Shown here piece after piece: positions 28,948 through 38,022 of a DNA stretch of 64,000 bases (position 1 is its first letter; every line of letters begins with the position of its first letter). Position numbers and translations under genes: made by a program. The stretch lies in the IMG/VR virus record IMGVR_UViG_3300009183_000045. One strand, given 5' to 3'. The notes under the pieces are model-generated. The model worked only from the letters and a program-made list of their open reading frames with translations. It ran no database searches and was not told the DNA's origin. The DNA is from a virus. Lineage: Duplodnaviria; Caudoviricetes.

Positions 28948-31900
28948 ATGTCCGTTTCTTTTAATTTTCCAGACCTCAACACTATTCAATGGCTCCCAGT
29001 TAATTATAAAACTGTAGGCCAAGATTATGTTACTAAATTTACTACTTTAAAATTTCAAGACGGAGTAACTTTTGGGTTGAATGAATGTTTAAAGAATTTT
29101 AAAGATGCATCATTTAATAAGAGCACTGGAATGTTCTTAACTGACATTAACACTAGTTCTAACATTTTAGAAGATGCTAGTAACCCCGACGATATTAGCA
29201 ATCTGGCTCAAATTTTTACACCCATATGCACAGTTGATTCACTAGACAATAAATTAATAACTCTATCTACAACCTATGAATTGTCTGCCACATCTCGTGT
29301 GGCTATGGATTTATTTGGTAAAAATTCTAATGCTCAATCCTCAGATAATTTTAATTTTATTTTCTCTAAAGATTTCACACATGTATTAAACAACGCAGAA
29401 GAAAATTTTGTTTCGGTAGAAACCACTTATTATAGCAAAAACACTCAGGAAGTTCCTCATCAATTTTTATTAACTTGGAATAATATTAATAATAAATTAA
29501 TTTTTCAACCAAAAATACATCCAGATAGTAATAGTCAGAAATTTTCTTATCTATTGTCCGATGATGGTATTTGTTTATTTAAACCGGATACAAACTTTTC
29601 TATACTGGTAGATAAGGATTCAAGCTCAGATACTTTTGTTTTTAAAAACTATACACCGACTCCGAATGAAGCCCTTCCTCTTTCTTCCTTTTTAAAATTT
29701 GTTTCTTATAAAATCCAGCAACTCTCTCATTCAGATATTGTAGACAGCCATTTGACTCGGTATGCAGTTAACAAATTAGACTATCAACAAGAAATAGTCC
29801 CAGACCCAGAAATTAATTCTGAGCCATATTCTCAAAATTTCTTAGGCATTTTTCCAGTAGAGAAACCCGTAATTGAAGATGATAGAGCTACCTACAATTT
29901 ACAAATACACGGATTAAAAAATTATCAAACCCCTGAATACAATTACTCTTTTAATAAAAATTATGTAGATGGATACAATGGAGTTCATCGAATATATGAT
30001 CACATATTTTCCGGATCCAATCAAAAAGAAGGTCTTCTTAATGTCCATTTGGGGTATACCGCAAATACTTCAGAGTTAACATTTTTAAGAGACCAAGAAA
30101 CCCCATTTAATTTTGCCTCTACTTCTTTTAGAATGCCTTTGAGTAGTGCGGGCCTTATAGAAGACGGAGCCATTCCTGGTCATCATCCGTTTGTTTCTGA
30201 TCGCATATACTTTCGCCAAATGGATTATAATGGACAAATACAGGGAGTGCCCCAACCTCCTAGTATAAACAAATTCACCAATACATGGTTATGTGCTTGG
30301 TTATCTGGGTCTAATAGCAATGGTTCATTATGGATGGATAGATTTTATAATGCAGCTTATTATACTTTAGACCAAGCCCTGACTTCAAACAATTTAATTT
30401 ATCATGATAAAATAGACCCTTCTCAGAGTTACATAATAGATGTTCCTTCTACTATGTTTTTAGAACCAGGAGCCTTTTATAGATACTATCACAGTGGTAT
30501 TAAGACTAGTCAACAATATGTGCCTTTTATAGACGGAACCTTCAACTCTCCGCTTGGATCAAAGGTACTGCATATAAGTTCTTGGAATTCTAATCCTTTA
30601 CAGGACAATTCTTTATACCAAAACAATGGTTTAATACATCCTGTGGGTTTTTTGAACAAAGAATCTGATTATTGGGATTTGACTGGAGATAATCATGTTG
30701 TGTTTCCATCTAAAAGTCAATTATTAGAAGAACATCACTTTACAACCTCTTTATGGGTCAAAGTGTCTAACTGGTCTAATATTCAAGGGAAACAGATATT
30801 CGGTAATTTCTATGACAGTGGATATGGCCTACTCAATGATACATCTTTAACAGCACCTTTATTATCCTTTATAGATAAATCTACCGGACAACTTTATAAT
30901 TTAAATTATAAATTTAAAATTGTAAACACTTCTGATACTCCTATAGATGCCTTAACCAAAAATATTATCACCGTCAGGCTTCCAGATTTTACTTATTGGG
31001 TATTTGATGCCAATAACGGAACTGGTATTAAATTTGACATTGAAGGAAGGAAATTAAAATCCACCACTCAAAGATTTTTTAGAATAGCTCAAATAGAAGT
31101 AGATGAAAATTCAAATCTACATATATTTCAACCTTACAAAAAAAGAGTAATTGTTTTAAATCAACATGGTGTTTTATTAAACAAACTTACTTATCACATT
31201 AAAAAAAGAGCCTCAGTTCGAGTGGAGCTTTTTAAATATCAAAATTTTTCTAAAACATCTGTTATTGAAATTTTTGGAAATGCTTCCGTGATTGACAATG
31301 AAGGACACATCTGGCAAGTGTTAGGCAATAACCTGTACAAGTCAACTTACAATGCAATTTCAGATGTTCATGGGTCACCGACATTTTTTGCGACTCTGGG
31401 AGTTACCCAACAAATAACCTGTGACTCTTATAACAATATATGGATATTACACGATCAAGATAAAATATCCATTCTTAAAGCAAATCAAAAATCTTTTCAG
31501 ACCTTTAGAATGGGCAAACGCAAAGGCCTTCCTGAAGACCCTTGTTTAAAAAATTCTGTTAGGTTTCGATATCTTAACTTCGTCAAAACACCAGAAACTA
31601 GTACAGTAGATTGTGAGGTTCAAAAATATAAAGATTTAGCAATATTAATAGATGTAAGAGACAACGAATTAATGTTATTAGATTTAAACGGAGATCTCCT
31701 CACTCGTTTAGACATGACCACATTGTATGGATTAAAATCTTCCGTTCCAGAATTTTGTGCGGATGGTGATTTTACTGGATATCAATTATTGAGAAGATTT
31801 AAGAGCAATAGTAAAAACATAGGTTGGAAATTTTATATAGCAGAAAAGACTGGTAGATACCCAGAAACATTATCTTTAAAATATGACAGTTCTTTACTGC

Positions 31901-32433
31901 ATCCCGGGTGGCATCATTTTACTTTTGTTTTTGATGCAGAAAATGGAGTTGCCTCTTATTATATAGATTCTGTTTTAGTGGATCAAACCCCAGTAGACAA
32001 AACCAAACAATTGTGGTTTGATTATCGCTCCTCTTTATTGTTAGGTGCAGAATCTGTAAAAAATAGTAGTTTAAATGATTTAATTAATCTTCAAGATGCT
32101 TATAAATTTATAGGGCAAGTTGCAGATTTGAGAATTTATAATAAATCTTTATCTCAGGGAGATGTTGAACAATTATATTTTAGTTTTAAATATTCAGACA
32201 ATCGCAAACCGTTAATTTGGAATATGTCTACAGGTAAACGAAATTATATCGAAAACATTCAACACTGGTTTCAATTACAATTACCCGGAAGCAAGAGTAA
32301 ATATTTTAACATTAACATTCACAATTTAAACACAACACCGGAAATACAAGCTCTTATAGAAGATGCTATAAGAAAAAATATATCTAAATTAGCACCTGCC
32401 TATACTTCTTTGTATAAAATAAACTGGTCATAA
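28948..32433 (+). CDS. Virion protein with LamG/concanavalin-like domains
   Basis: FTTSLWVKVSNW and C-terminal GWHHFTFVFD...G.ASYYIDSV.V...FIGQVADLRIYNKSLS..DVEQLY. Confidence 0.75.
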   Translation: MSVSFNFPDLNTIQWLPVNYKTVGQDYVTKFTTLKFQDGVTFGLNECLKNFKDASFNKSTGMFLTDINTSSNILEDASNPDDISNLAQIFTPICTVDSLDNKLITLSTTYELSATSRVAMDLFGKNSNAQSSDNFNFIFSKDFTHVLNNAEENFVSVETTYYSKNTQEVPHQFLLTWNNINNKLIFQPKIHPDSNSQKFSYLLSDDGICLFKPDTNFSILVDKDSSSDTFVFKNYTPTPNEALPLSSFLKFVSYKIQQLSHSDIVDSHLTRYAVNKLDYQQEIVPDPEINSEPYSQNFLGIFPVEKPVIEDDRATYNLQIHGLKNYQTPEYNYSFNKNYVDGYNGVHRIYDHIFSGSNQKEGLLNVHLGYTANTSELTFLRDQETPFNFASTSFRMPLSSAGLIEDGAIPGHHPFVSDRIYFRQMDYNGQIQGVPQPPSINKFTNTWLCAWLSGSNSNGSLWMDRFYNAAYYTLDQALTSNNLIYHDKIDPSQSYIIDVPSTMFLEPGAFYRYYHSGIKTSQQYVPFIDGTFNSPLGSKVLHISSWNSNPLQDNSLYQNNGLIHPVGFLNKESDYWDLTGDNHVVFPSKSQLLEEHHFTTSLWVKVSNWSNIQGKQIFGNFYDSGYGLLNDTSLTAPLLSFIDKSTGQLYNLNYKFKIVNTSDTPIDALTKNIITVRLPDFTYWVFDANNGTGIKFDIEGRKLKSTTQRFFRIAQIEVDENSNLHIFQPYKKRVIVLNQHGVLLNKLTYHIKKRASVRVELFKYQNFSKTSVIEIFGNASVIDNEGHIWQVLGNNLYKSTYNAISDVHGSPTFFATLGVTQQITCDSYNNIWILHDQDKISILKANQKSFQTFRMGKRKGLPEDPCLKNSVRFRYLNFVKTPETSTVDCEVQKYKDLAILIDVRDNELMLLDLNGDLLTRLDMTTLYGLKSSVPEFCADGDFTGYQLLRRFKSNSKNIGWKFYIAEKTGRYPETLSLKYDSSLLHPGWHHFTFVFDAENGVASYYIDSVLVDQTPVDKTKQLWFDYRSSLLLGAESVKNSSLNDLINLQDAYKFIGQVADLRIYNKSLSQGDVEQLYFSFKYSDNRKPLIWNMSTGKRNYIENIQHWFQLQLPGSKSKYFNINIHNLNTTPEIQALIEDAIRKNISKLAPAYTSLYKINWS

Positions 32434-32436
32434 CCC

Positions 32437-33225
32437 ATGAGTTCCATTCCAAACATTCCTACCAAATTTAAAGAAGGTTGCTCTTTGATATATCTTATAG
32501 ATGAAAATCAATGTGTGGCACATTCCAGAGACACCATTAATAACAATATTTCTTCTTTGTCTAGCAATTTGCTAAATCTTGAAAATTATGCCCAGTATTG
32601 GAATACAGCATATTCAACTTTTTTATCCAACAGTGCTTCCTGGTTGATTGCATCTTCTCATATACAACAATACAATAAATTGTGGTCTGGGACTTATACC
32701 ACGGTTAATGCTTTAAGTGCTAGTTGGTACACTCCTTTTACATTATACTACCCTCAAATTGTTTTAATAGATACCTGGTATAGCAATCCAGCCGCCTATA
32801 CCGGCAAGCTTATTCCCGATTGGTTAACAACAAATTTTCCTCCTTTAAAATATGCCCCTTCACAAATAGTATATATTCAAGTTAATCTGTATCAGCAACA
32901 ACCCTTTAGTTTTAGTTTTAGCAGATCTCTTTGGGAGGGATGTGCCCCTCAAGGAGGTGCCTCATTTGTTTGTAATCAAGAATGCGGAGACAGACCTAAT
33001 AGAGGATGTAATCACCATGACGAACATGCTGGTTGGGGTGCCTGTGATAATGCCTTTGATCACTGTGGGGTTTCTGTAAGAGCTTTAAATTCTTCTTTCT
33101 CTTGCGGCAGTTCTGGCGGAAGACAATTACAAATAAATAAAAACTTAACATCGGTAGACACGAGTGTTGCTCGAATTTTAAAATTTACCTATAAAAACAT
33201 TAACAATACTTGGAGTTTGATATAA
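32437..33225 (+). CDS. Hypothetical virion protein, paralog 1 of a tandem trio; Cys/His-rich insert
   Basis: Shares blocks with 33226 and 34124 (TVNALSASWYTPFTLYYP; WLTTNFP). Confidence 0.65.
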   Translation: MSSIPNIPTKFKEGCSLIYLIDENQCVAHSRDTINNNISSLSSNLLNLENYAQYWNTAYSTFLSNSASWLIASSHIQQYNKLWSGTYTTVNALSASWYTPFTLYYPQIVLIDTWYSNPAAYTGKLIPDWLTTNFPPLKYAPSQIVYIQVNLYQQQPFSFSFSRSLWEGCAPQGGASFVCNQECGDRPNRGCNHHDEHAGWGACDNAFDHCGVSVRALNSSFSCGSSGGRQLQINKNLTSVDTSVARILKFTYKNINNTWSLI

Positions 33226-34110
33226 ATGTACAACTTTACCGCCATAGGCCTTTCTTCAACTATAGGTGACTCTTTGCCTCTTGTAAACCAAAATTATGAA
33301 TTTTTGGATCAATGGACTGCAAACATACAATTAAGTGCCACTCAATATTGGCAACCTTTGATAGATTTGTATAATAGACATTTAACAGATTGGAACCAAT
33401 CTTTAACACTGGCTCAGCAAAACTCTGCAATTTGGACCAGTGTTTCTACCACAGTTGAAAGTTTTAGTGCAGCGTGGCTTACTCCATTATCTCTGTTTTA
33501 TCCCCAAATATATCCTCAAAATACAGATCTGGCCACCGTTAAAAATACTATAACTGCATGGCTCAATCAAAATTTTCCAGTATCAAATGCATTCACATCT
33601 GCTCCCTATTATGTAGAAAATCAAAAAGCAATTGTTTATAATTACAATTATTATATAGCAAACATTGTCAATGAAAAACAAACAATTGTAGATCAAACTA
33701 CCTGCAGCACGCAAGACGGTGTTTCTGTAATTAATTGTCGTAGTGATTTAACCGGAACTGCATTTTGTAGTAATGGAGATGTGGCCTGTGATGGTAATGG
33801 TAGTCAATGTGCTCATAATGAAAGTGTAAGTTGTTCATTTAACGCCGGTCCCTATATTGTGGGTCAGGGATATAAAACTGTAGTAGTGCCCAGAGATCCT
33901 ATAAGAACTATTGATGATGATGGTAATACTGTTCTCACGGCTCAATCGCCGATAACTACCACAGTTTATGGCAATTTAAGTAATACAGGCCAATCTTATA
34001 TACAAGCAAATATAAGCACCTATTTTGTAAATCAATCCGAAACAACCTCTCTTAATTATTTTAAATTTATAGTCAAGGACTGTCAGTGGGTTTATGTTTC
34101 ATCCTTTTAA
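33226..34110 (+). CDS. Hypothetical virion protein, paralog 2; Cys-rich insert
   Basis: TTVESFSAAWLTPLSLFYP; WLNQNFP. Confidence 0.65.
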   Translation: MYNFTAIGLSSTIGDSLPLVNQNYEFLDQWTANIQLSATQYWQPLIDLYNRHLTDWNQSLTLAQQNSAIWTSVSTTVESFSAAWLTPLSLFYPQIYPQNTDLATVKNTITAWLNQNFPVSNAFTSAPYYVENQKAIVYNYNYYIANIVNEKQTIVDQTTCSTQDGVSVINCRSDLTGTAFCSNGDVACDGNGSQCAHNESVSCSFNAGPYIVGQGYKTVVVPRDPIRTIDDDGNTVLTAQSPITTTVYGNLSNTGQSYIQANISTYFVNQSETTSLNYFKFIVKDCQWVYVSSF

Positions 34111-34123
34111 TAGATAATTCAAT

Positions 34124-35503
34124 ATGGCAAATAACCGACAATTCACCTATGAAATATTTGAACAAGATTGCTTAGGCAACAGTGCTGGAAAACATAATTT
34201 TAATAGCTTGAGCTTAGAAACTCAAATATGTAATTTGTCCAGTTCTTTCATGTCTCCTAATAACTTGTTTACGACTTCTTTAAGTGGATTTTTGGCACAA
34301 GTAGATAAACTTAAACAATTCGGAGATTTAAATAGATTTAATAAAACCTTTACCACAGTTTCTTTGTTAAGTTCTTATTGGAATGTTCAAGACTTTTCAG
34401 TTTTATACCCTCTCAATATATCCAGCCAAGGAGGCCAGTCAATAGTAGGCCCAACCTCACAAACTCCAGCAACAGAATTAATTTCATTGGCTCAGTCTTA
34501 TTTAACTGCCAATTTTCCTAATAGTTCTTATACACCAAATACAAGAGCCAGTGTAAACATGTTTGTTTATAACTATCCCTCTAATCCGTATGATCCCAAT
34601 ATTCTTAATTCTGTAACAAATTCTAATGAATTTTCCTTTACAAACAGAAGCATGAATGTTTCTATGTCTAGACAAGACATACATCTAGAAAAGGGAAACA
34701 TTTTCCAATTTTCAAATATTAACAATAAATGGGCCAGCATTAATGTATTAGGACCCACCGTTGTCTTGGACTCAACTACCAACAGAAAAAAAATAACATT
34801 AACCATCAATTCAAATCAAATAAATTTTAATGTAGGAGACGTTATTAGAAAGATGCCAGAGTATGTGCAAGGCCACACAGATGTCGTGCTGACTATCAAT
34901 AGTGGGGTTATAATATCCAGTGGTAGACCAGAAGATGCGGCTCTTTCAATAGCTAATCTTAGTAATGGAGATTATGTATTTTTGTTTAATAATGGTATTA
35001 TTATTGGATGTGGTGGATCCGGCGGTCAAGGAGGTGATAGTTTGGATACAAAAAACACCAAAGGTGCTGCCGGCAGTCGCGGTGGACCTGCCATAGCCGC
35101 TTTTGTTCCTTGTACCATAGAAAACCACGGGCACATTTATGCGGGCGGCGGCGGCGGTGCCGGCGGAACTGGTGGTTTAACTGGATCAACCTCGGTCGGA
35201 GGCGGCGGCGGCGGCGGTGCTGGAATATACGGAGGCACAGGTGGTCGCAGAGGCACTAACATCATTTATAGAAGTAAAGGGGTATTTGTGAATGATGGTT
35301 TGCCAGGAGAGCGTTCCTTAGGTGGCATAGGAGGTCCGGGTTTGTCTACAGATCCTTTAGCTACGGGGGGTAATGGTGGTAATATCGGTAAGCCTGGATT
35401 TAAATCAGATTCAGCAGATGGAGGGCCTGCGGGATATTATATACTAGGAAATTCAAATGTTTTCTGGGCTATTACCGGTGACGTAAAAGGCGAGGTGTCT
35501 TAA
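34124..35503 (+). CDS. Hypothetical virion protein, paralog 3, with C-terminal glycine-rich domain
   Basis: TTVSLLSSYW..DFSVLYP; YLTANFP. The C-terminal NNGIIIGCGGSGG...IENHGHIYAGGGGGAGG domain resembles that of 53605. Confidence 0.7.
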   Translation: MANNRQFTYEIFEQDCLGNSAGKHNFNSLSLETQICNLSSSFMSPNNLFTTSLSGFLAQVDKLKQFGDLNRFNKTFTTVSLLSSYWNVQDFSVLYPLNISSQGGQSIVGPTSQTPATELISLAQSYLTANFPNSSYTPNTRASVNMFVYNYPSNPYDPNILNSVTNSNEFSFTNRSMNVSMSRQDIHLEKGNIFQFSNINNKWASINVLGPTVVLDSTTNRKKITLTINSNQINFNVGDVIRKMPEYVQGHTDVVLTINSGVIISSGRPEDAALSIANLSNGDYVFLFNNGIIIGCGGSGGQGGDSLDTKNTKGAAGSRGGPAIAAFVPCTIENHGHIYAGGGGGAGGTGGLTGSTSVGGGGGGGAGIYGGTGGRRGTNIIYRSKGVFVNDGLPGERSLGGIGGPGLSTDPLATGGNGGNIGKPGFKSDSADGGPAGYYILGNSNVFWAITGDVKGEVS

Positions 35504-35511
35504 TATAATAT

Positions 35512-35913
35512 ATGTTTGCCTTGTTTAATACAAATCTTAATTTTATAGGTTATTCGCCAGACATTCAAGACCAGCCCCATATTTTAAAAAAAGAAATACC
35601 GGAACACCAAAGAGATCTTAATGTTTGGAAATGGGAAGGAAATTATACAGATGGAAAAATGGTTTCTATTTTTGAAGAAGGGATTCCTCAAGAAGAATTA
35701 GAAGAACAAAAAAGAATGTTTAATGATTTAAATTCAAAATATCCAACCGGAGTTCAGTTGGTTAATATTATAAGACAACTTAAAAAAATAGCAGAACAAT
35801 CTGAACTTCAAGATGACAGGTTTATGGACATGGCTGAAAATGTTTTAAATGTTATGGACAAACACGATAAACATCTTAAATATGTTTTAACCAGAAAGAA
35901 ATTTTTTAATTAA
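35512..35913 (+). CDS. Hypothetical protein
   Basis: 133-aa ORF tightly packed in the operon. Confidence 0.7.
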   Translation: MFALFNTNLNFIGYSPDIQDQPHILKKEIPEHQRDLNVWKWEGNYTDGKMVSIFEEGIPQEELEEQKRMFNDLNSKYPTGVQLVNIIRQLKKIAEQSELQDDRFMDMAENVLNVMDKHDKHLKYVLTRKKFFN

Positions 35914-35915
35914 AA

Positions 35916-36389
35916 ATGAATACCAAAAATCCAGACCCCTATTTATTTTTCAAATATAATCGTGGCGTGGGAGACCTCGTTGCCAGCATTCTACATTCAA
36001 AGGCCTTCGGGTGGCTTACAAAGAGAATTACCGGAAAAGATAAACCATGTACCATCTGCTCCAAAAGAGCTGATGCTTTAAATACTTTATTTCCTATACC
36101 ATTTTGGAGATTGTTTTTTAAAGATGTCGCAATCATGACCGAATCTTTAAGTGATGATCTTCGTCGTGCCGGATATCAAACTTCCATGACATCAAATAGA
36201 TCTGAGATATCTTCCATGAAAACAGAATTTATTCCCGAAGAAGGAAACAATAACAAATCTGTAAATTTTAATCCTTTAAATGATATATTCAATGATGAAA
36301 AATTGGCAAAATATTTCTTTATAAGCTCTAGTGATCAGGAAGTGGATCATTTATTAATACGCACACAATATTTTAAACTTAAACCTTAA
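35916..36389 (+). CDS. Hypothetical protein with CxxC (KPCTICSKR)
   Basis: 157-aa coupled ORF with a GVGDLVA...CxxC..R..ALN pattern. Confidence 0.65.
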   Translation: MNTKNPDPYLFFKYNRGVGDLVASILHSKAFGWLTKRITGKDKPCTICSKRADALNTLFPIPFWRLFFKDVAIMTESLSDDLRRAGYQTSMTSNRSEISSMKTEFIPEEGNNNKSVNFNPLNDIFNDEKLAKYFFISSSDQEVDHLLIRTQYFKLKP

Positions 36390-36391
36390 TT

Positions 36392-36853
36392 ATGGAAATT
36401 ACCGTTATACGAGCCCCTGAGGAAAATTCCTTGGAATCTACACAATATTTTGGATTATTGTTATCAAAAACCTTGACTCTAATACACATGACTCATTGGT
36501 ATATTTTAAATCCAAATATTCATGAAATATTGGGAGATCTATATGAAGACTTAGATGGTCTATTTGACAAACTGCAAGAAGAGGTTATAGGCACTACTAA
36601 ACTTCAAGGCAAGCCGTTTCCATATTTTTCACCTGATTGTTTAGATATAGAAAATTTAGATCAATATAAAGGTGACAACGTAGATCTTATGGAAACCTAT
36701 CACAAGACTACCACAAAACTTATAGCCATATTAAATTCCTTAGAATTTACCAATTATATAGGTTCTGTGTCTTCTGGACTAAACAACACCAAGGAAGACA
36801 TCCTTTCCCGTGTTAATAAGGCTAATTATTTATTAGCCATGATACAAGTATAG
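36392..36853 (+). CDS. Dps/ferritin-like four-helix protein (DUF5856-like)
   Basis: HMTHW.....IHEILGDLYEDLDGLFDKLQEE is the Dps-type H-x3-W...H...D-x3-E metal-site pattern. Confidence 0.75.
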   Translation: MEITVIRAPEENSLESTQYFGLLLSKTLTLIHMTHWYILNPNIHEILGDLYEDLDGLFDKLQEEVIGTTKLQGKPFPYFSPDCLDIENLDQYKGDNVDLMETYHKTTTKLIAILNSLEFTNYIGSVSSGLNNTKEDILSRVNKANYLLAMIQV

Positions 36854-37971
36854 TCAGTACCGTACATACCTTCTAAATTCAGATCTGAATGCGGTTCATA
36901 CCAGCCATTTCCTTGGTAGATATCTAATACTTGTTGGAAGTAGTGTTCATATTTTCTAGCTATCACACTCATGGAGTAATTAGCATTTGCCCAGGCGGCA
37001 CATGTATAGGGGTTAATGTTTTTAATATTATTAATAGCCCATATAAAATCACCCATAGTTCTTCCACGATAACCCGTAACTCCGTGAGGATTGACTTCTG
37101 TAAAAGCTCCCCAATCAGATGAAATTACCGGAGTTCCGGACATGTGGTATTCTACTTGTACTCCTCCAAATGGTTCTATGTAGGTGCTCGCAATAAAACC
37201 AGCCTTTGCCTTAGACATCAGCTTTCTTCGGGTTTCAATATCTGCGTAACCTATACATTCAACATGAGACGGCCATTCTTTGAGACCCACATTAGAAGGA
37301 TCTCCCTGACCTGCTATAATTAATTTGTGTCCAGTTTTTTCAGTGGCCTGAATGGCTATGTCTACTCCCTTGGCGCTAGTTATTCGGCCCAGAGCTAAAA
37401 TGTAATCATCTTTCTCTGCTTCAAATGTAAATTCTGTAGGATCAAAATAATTGGGAATTACAGTATGATACCAATCCATAATACCCATGGCCACAGCATT
37501 CACTCCACACAAAGCATGCATTACTGCATAAGACTCATACACCTTGAAACGAGAAAAAGAATGTGGATATCCAATACCTGGTTCCACCACAATCAAATCC
37601 TGATTAGCATCACAGGCACCCTTAACTCCATATCCCCAAAAAGCTAAAATAAAATCATTCTTTTGTTTTCGTTTAGCAATTTCTTTTCCGGCTCTTTCAT
37701 TAAAAACCGTATGAGCATGATCCCCTGCATTATGCTTGAAGAAATTTTTCTTCCAATCATAATTGCCATAAGCAATCTCTAAATCTTCATCAGTGGTGAC
37801 TGTAACATGTTCATCGGCATCTACCACACTATCTGCGTGTCCATAATGAATAAGAGTGTGACCTCTCCCTTTCATCATCCTACAGAACTTGACAACCTTT
37901 TGAGTAAAGGCACAAGCATTATATTCTGGGGAACTAACGGTGTGTGGTAGACCTAGGACATGAAATCTCAT
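36826..37971 (-). CDS. Glycosyltransferase family 4 (GT-B, retaining)
   Basis: LALGRITSAKGVDIAI, LIIAGQG, and the EX7E motif YIEPFGGVQVEYHMSGTPVISSDWGAFTE. Confidence 0.9.
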   Translation of the reverse strand: MRFHVLGLPHTVSSPEYNACAFTQKVVKFCRMMKGRGHTLIHYGHADSVVDADEHVTVTTDEDLEIAYGNYDWKKNFFKHNAGDHAHTVFNERAGKEIAKRKQKNDFILAFWGYGVKGACDANQDLIVVEPGIGYPHSFSRFKVYESYAVMHALCGVNAVAMGIMDWYHTVIPNYFDPTEFTFEAEKDDYILALGRITSAKGVDIAIQATEKTGHKLIIAGQGDPSNVGLKEWPSHVECIGYADIETRRKLMSKAKAGFIASTYIEPFGGVQVEYHMSGTPVISSDWGAFTEVNPHGVTGYRGRTMGDFIWAINNIKNINPYTCAAWANANYSMSVIARKYEHYFQQVLDIYQGNGWYEPHSDLNLEGMYGTDYTCIMANK

Positions 37972-38022
37972 AATATTATATATAAGATATTCATTCCTAT
38001 TTTCAACTATTCAACTAAAATA

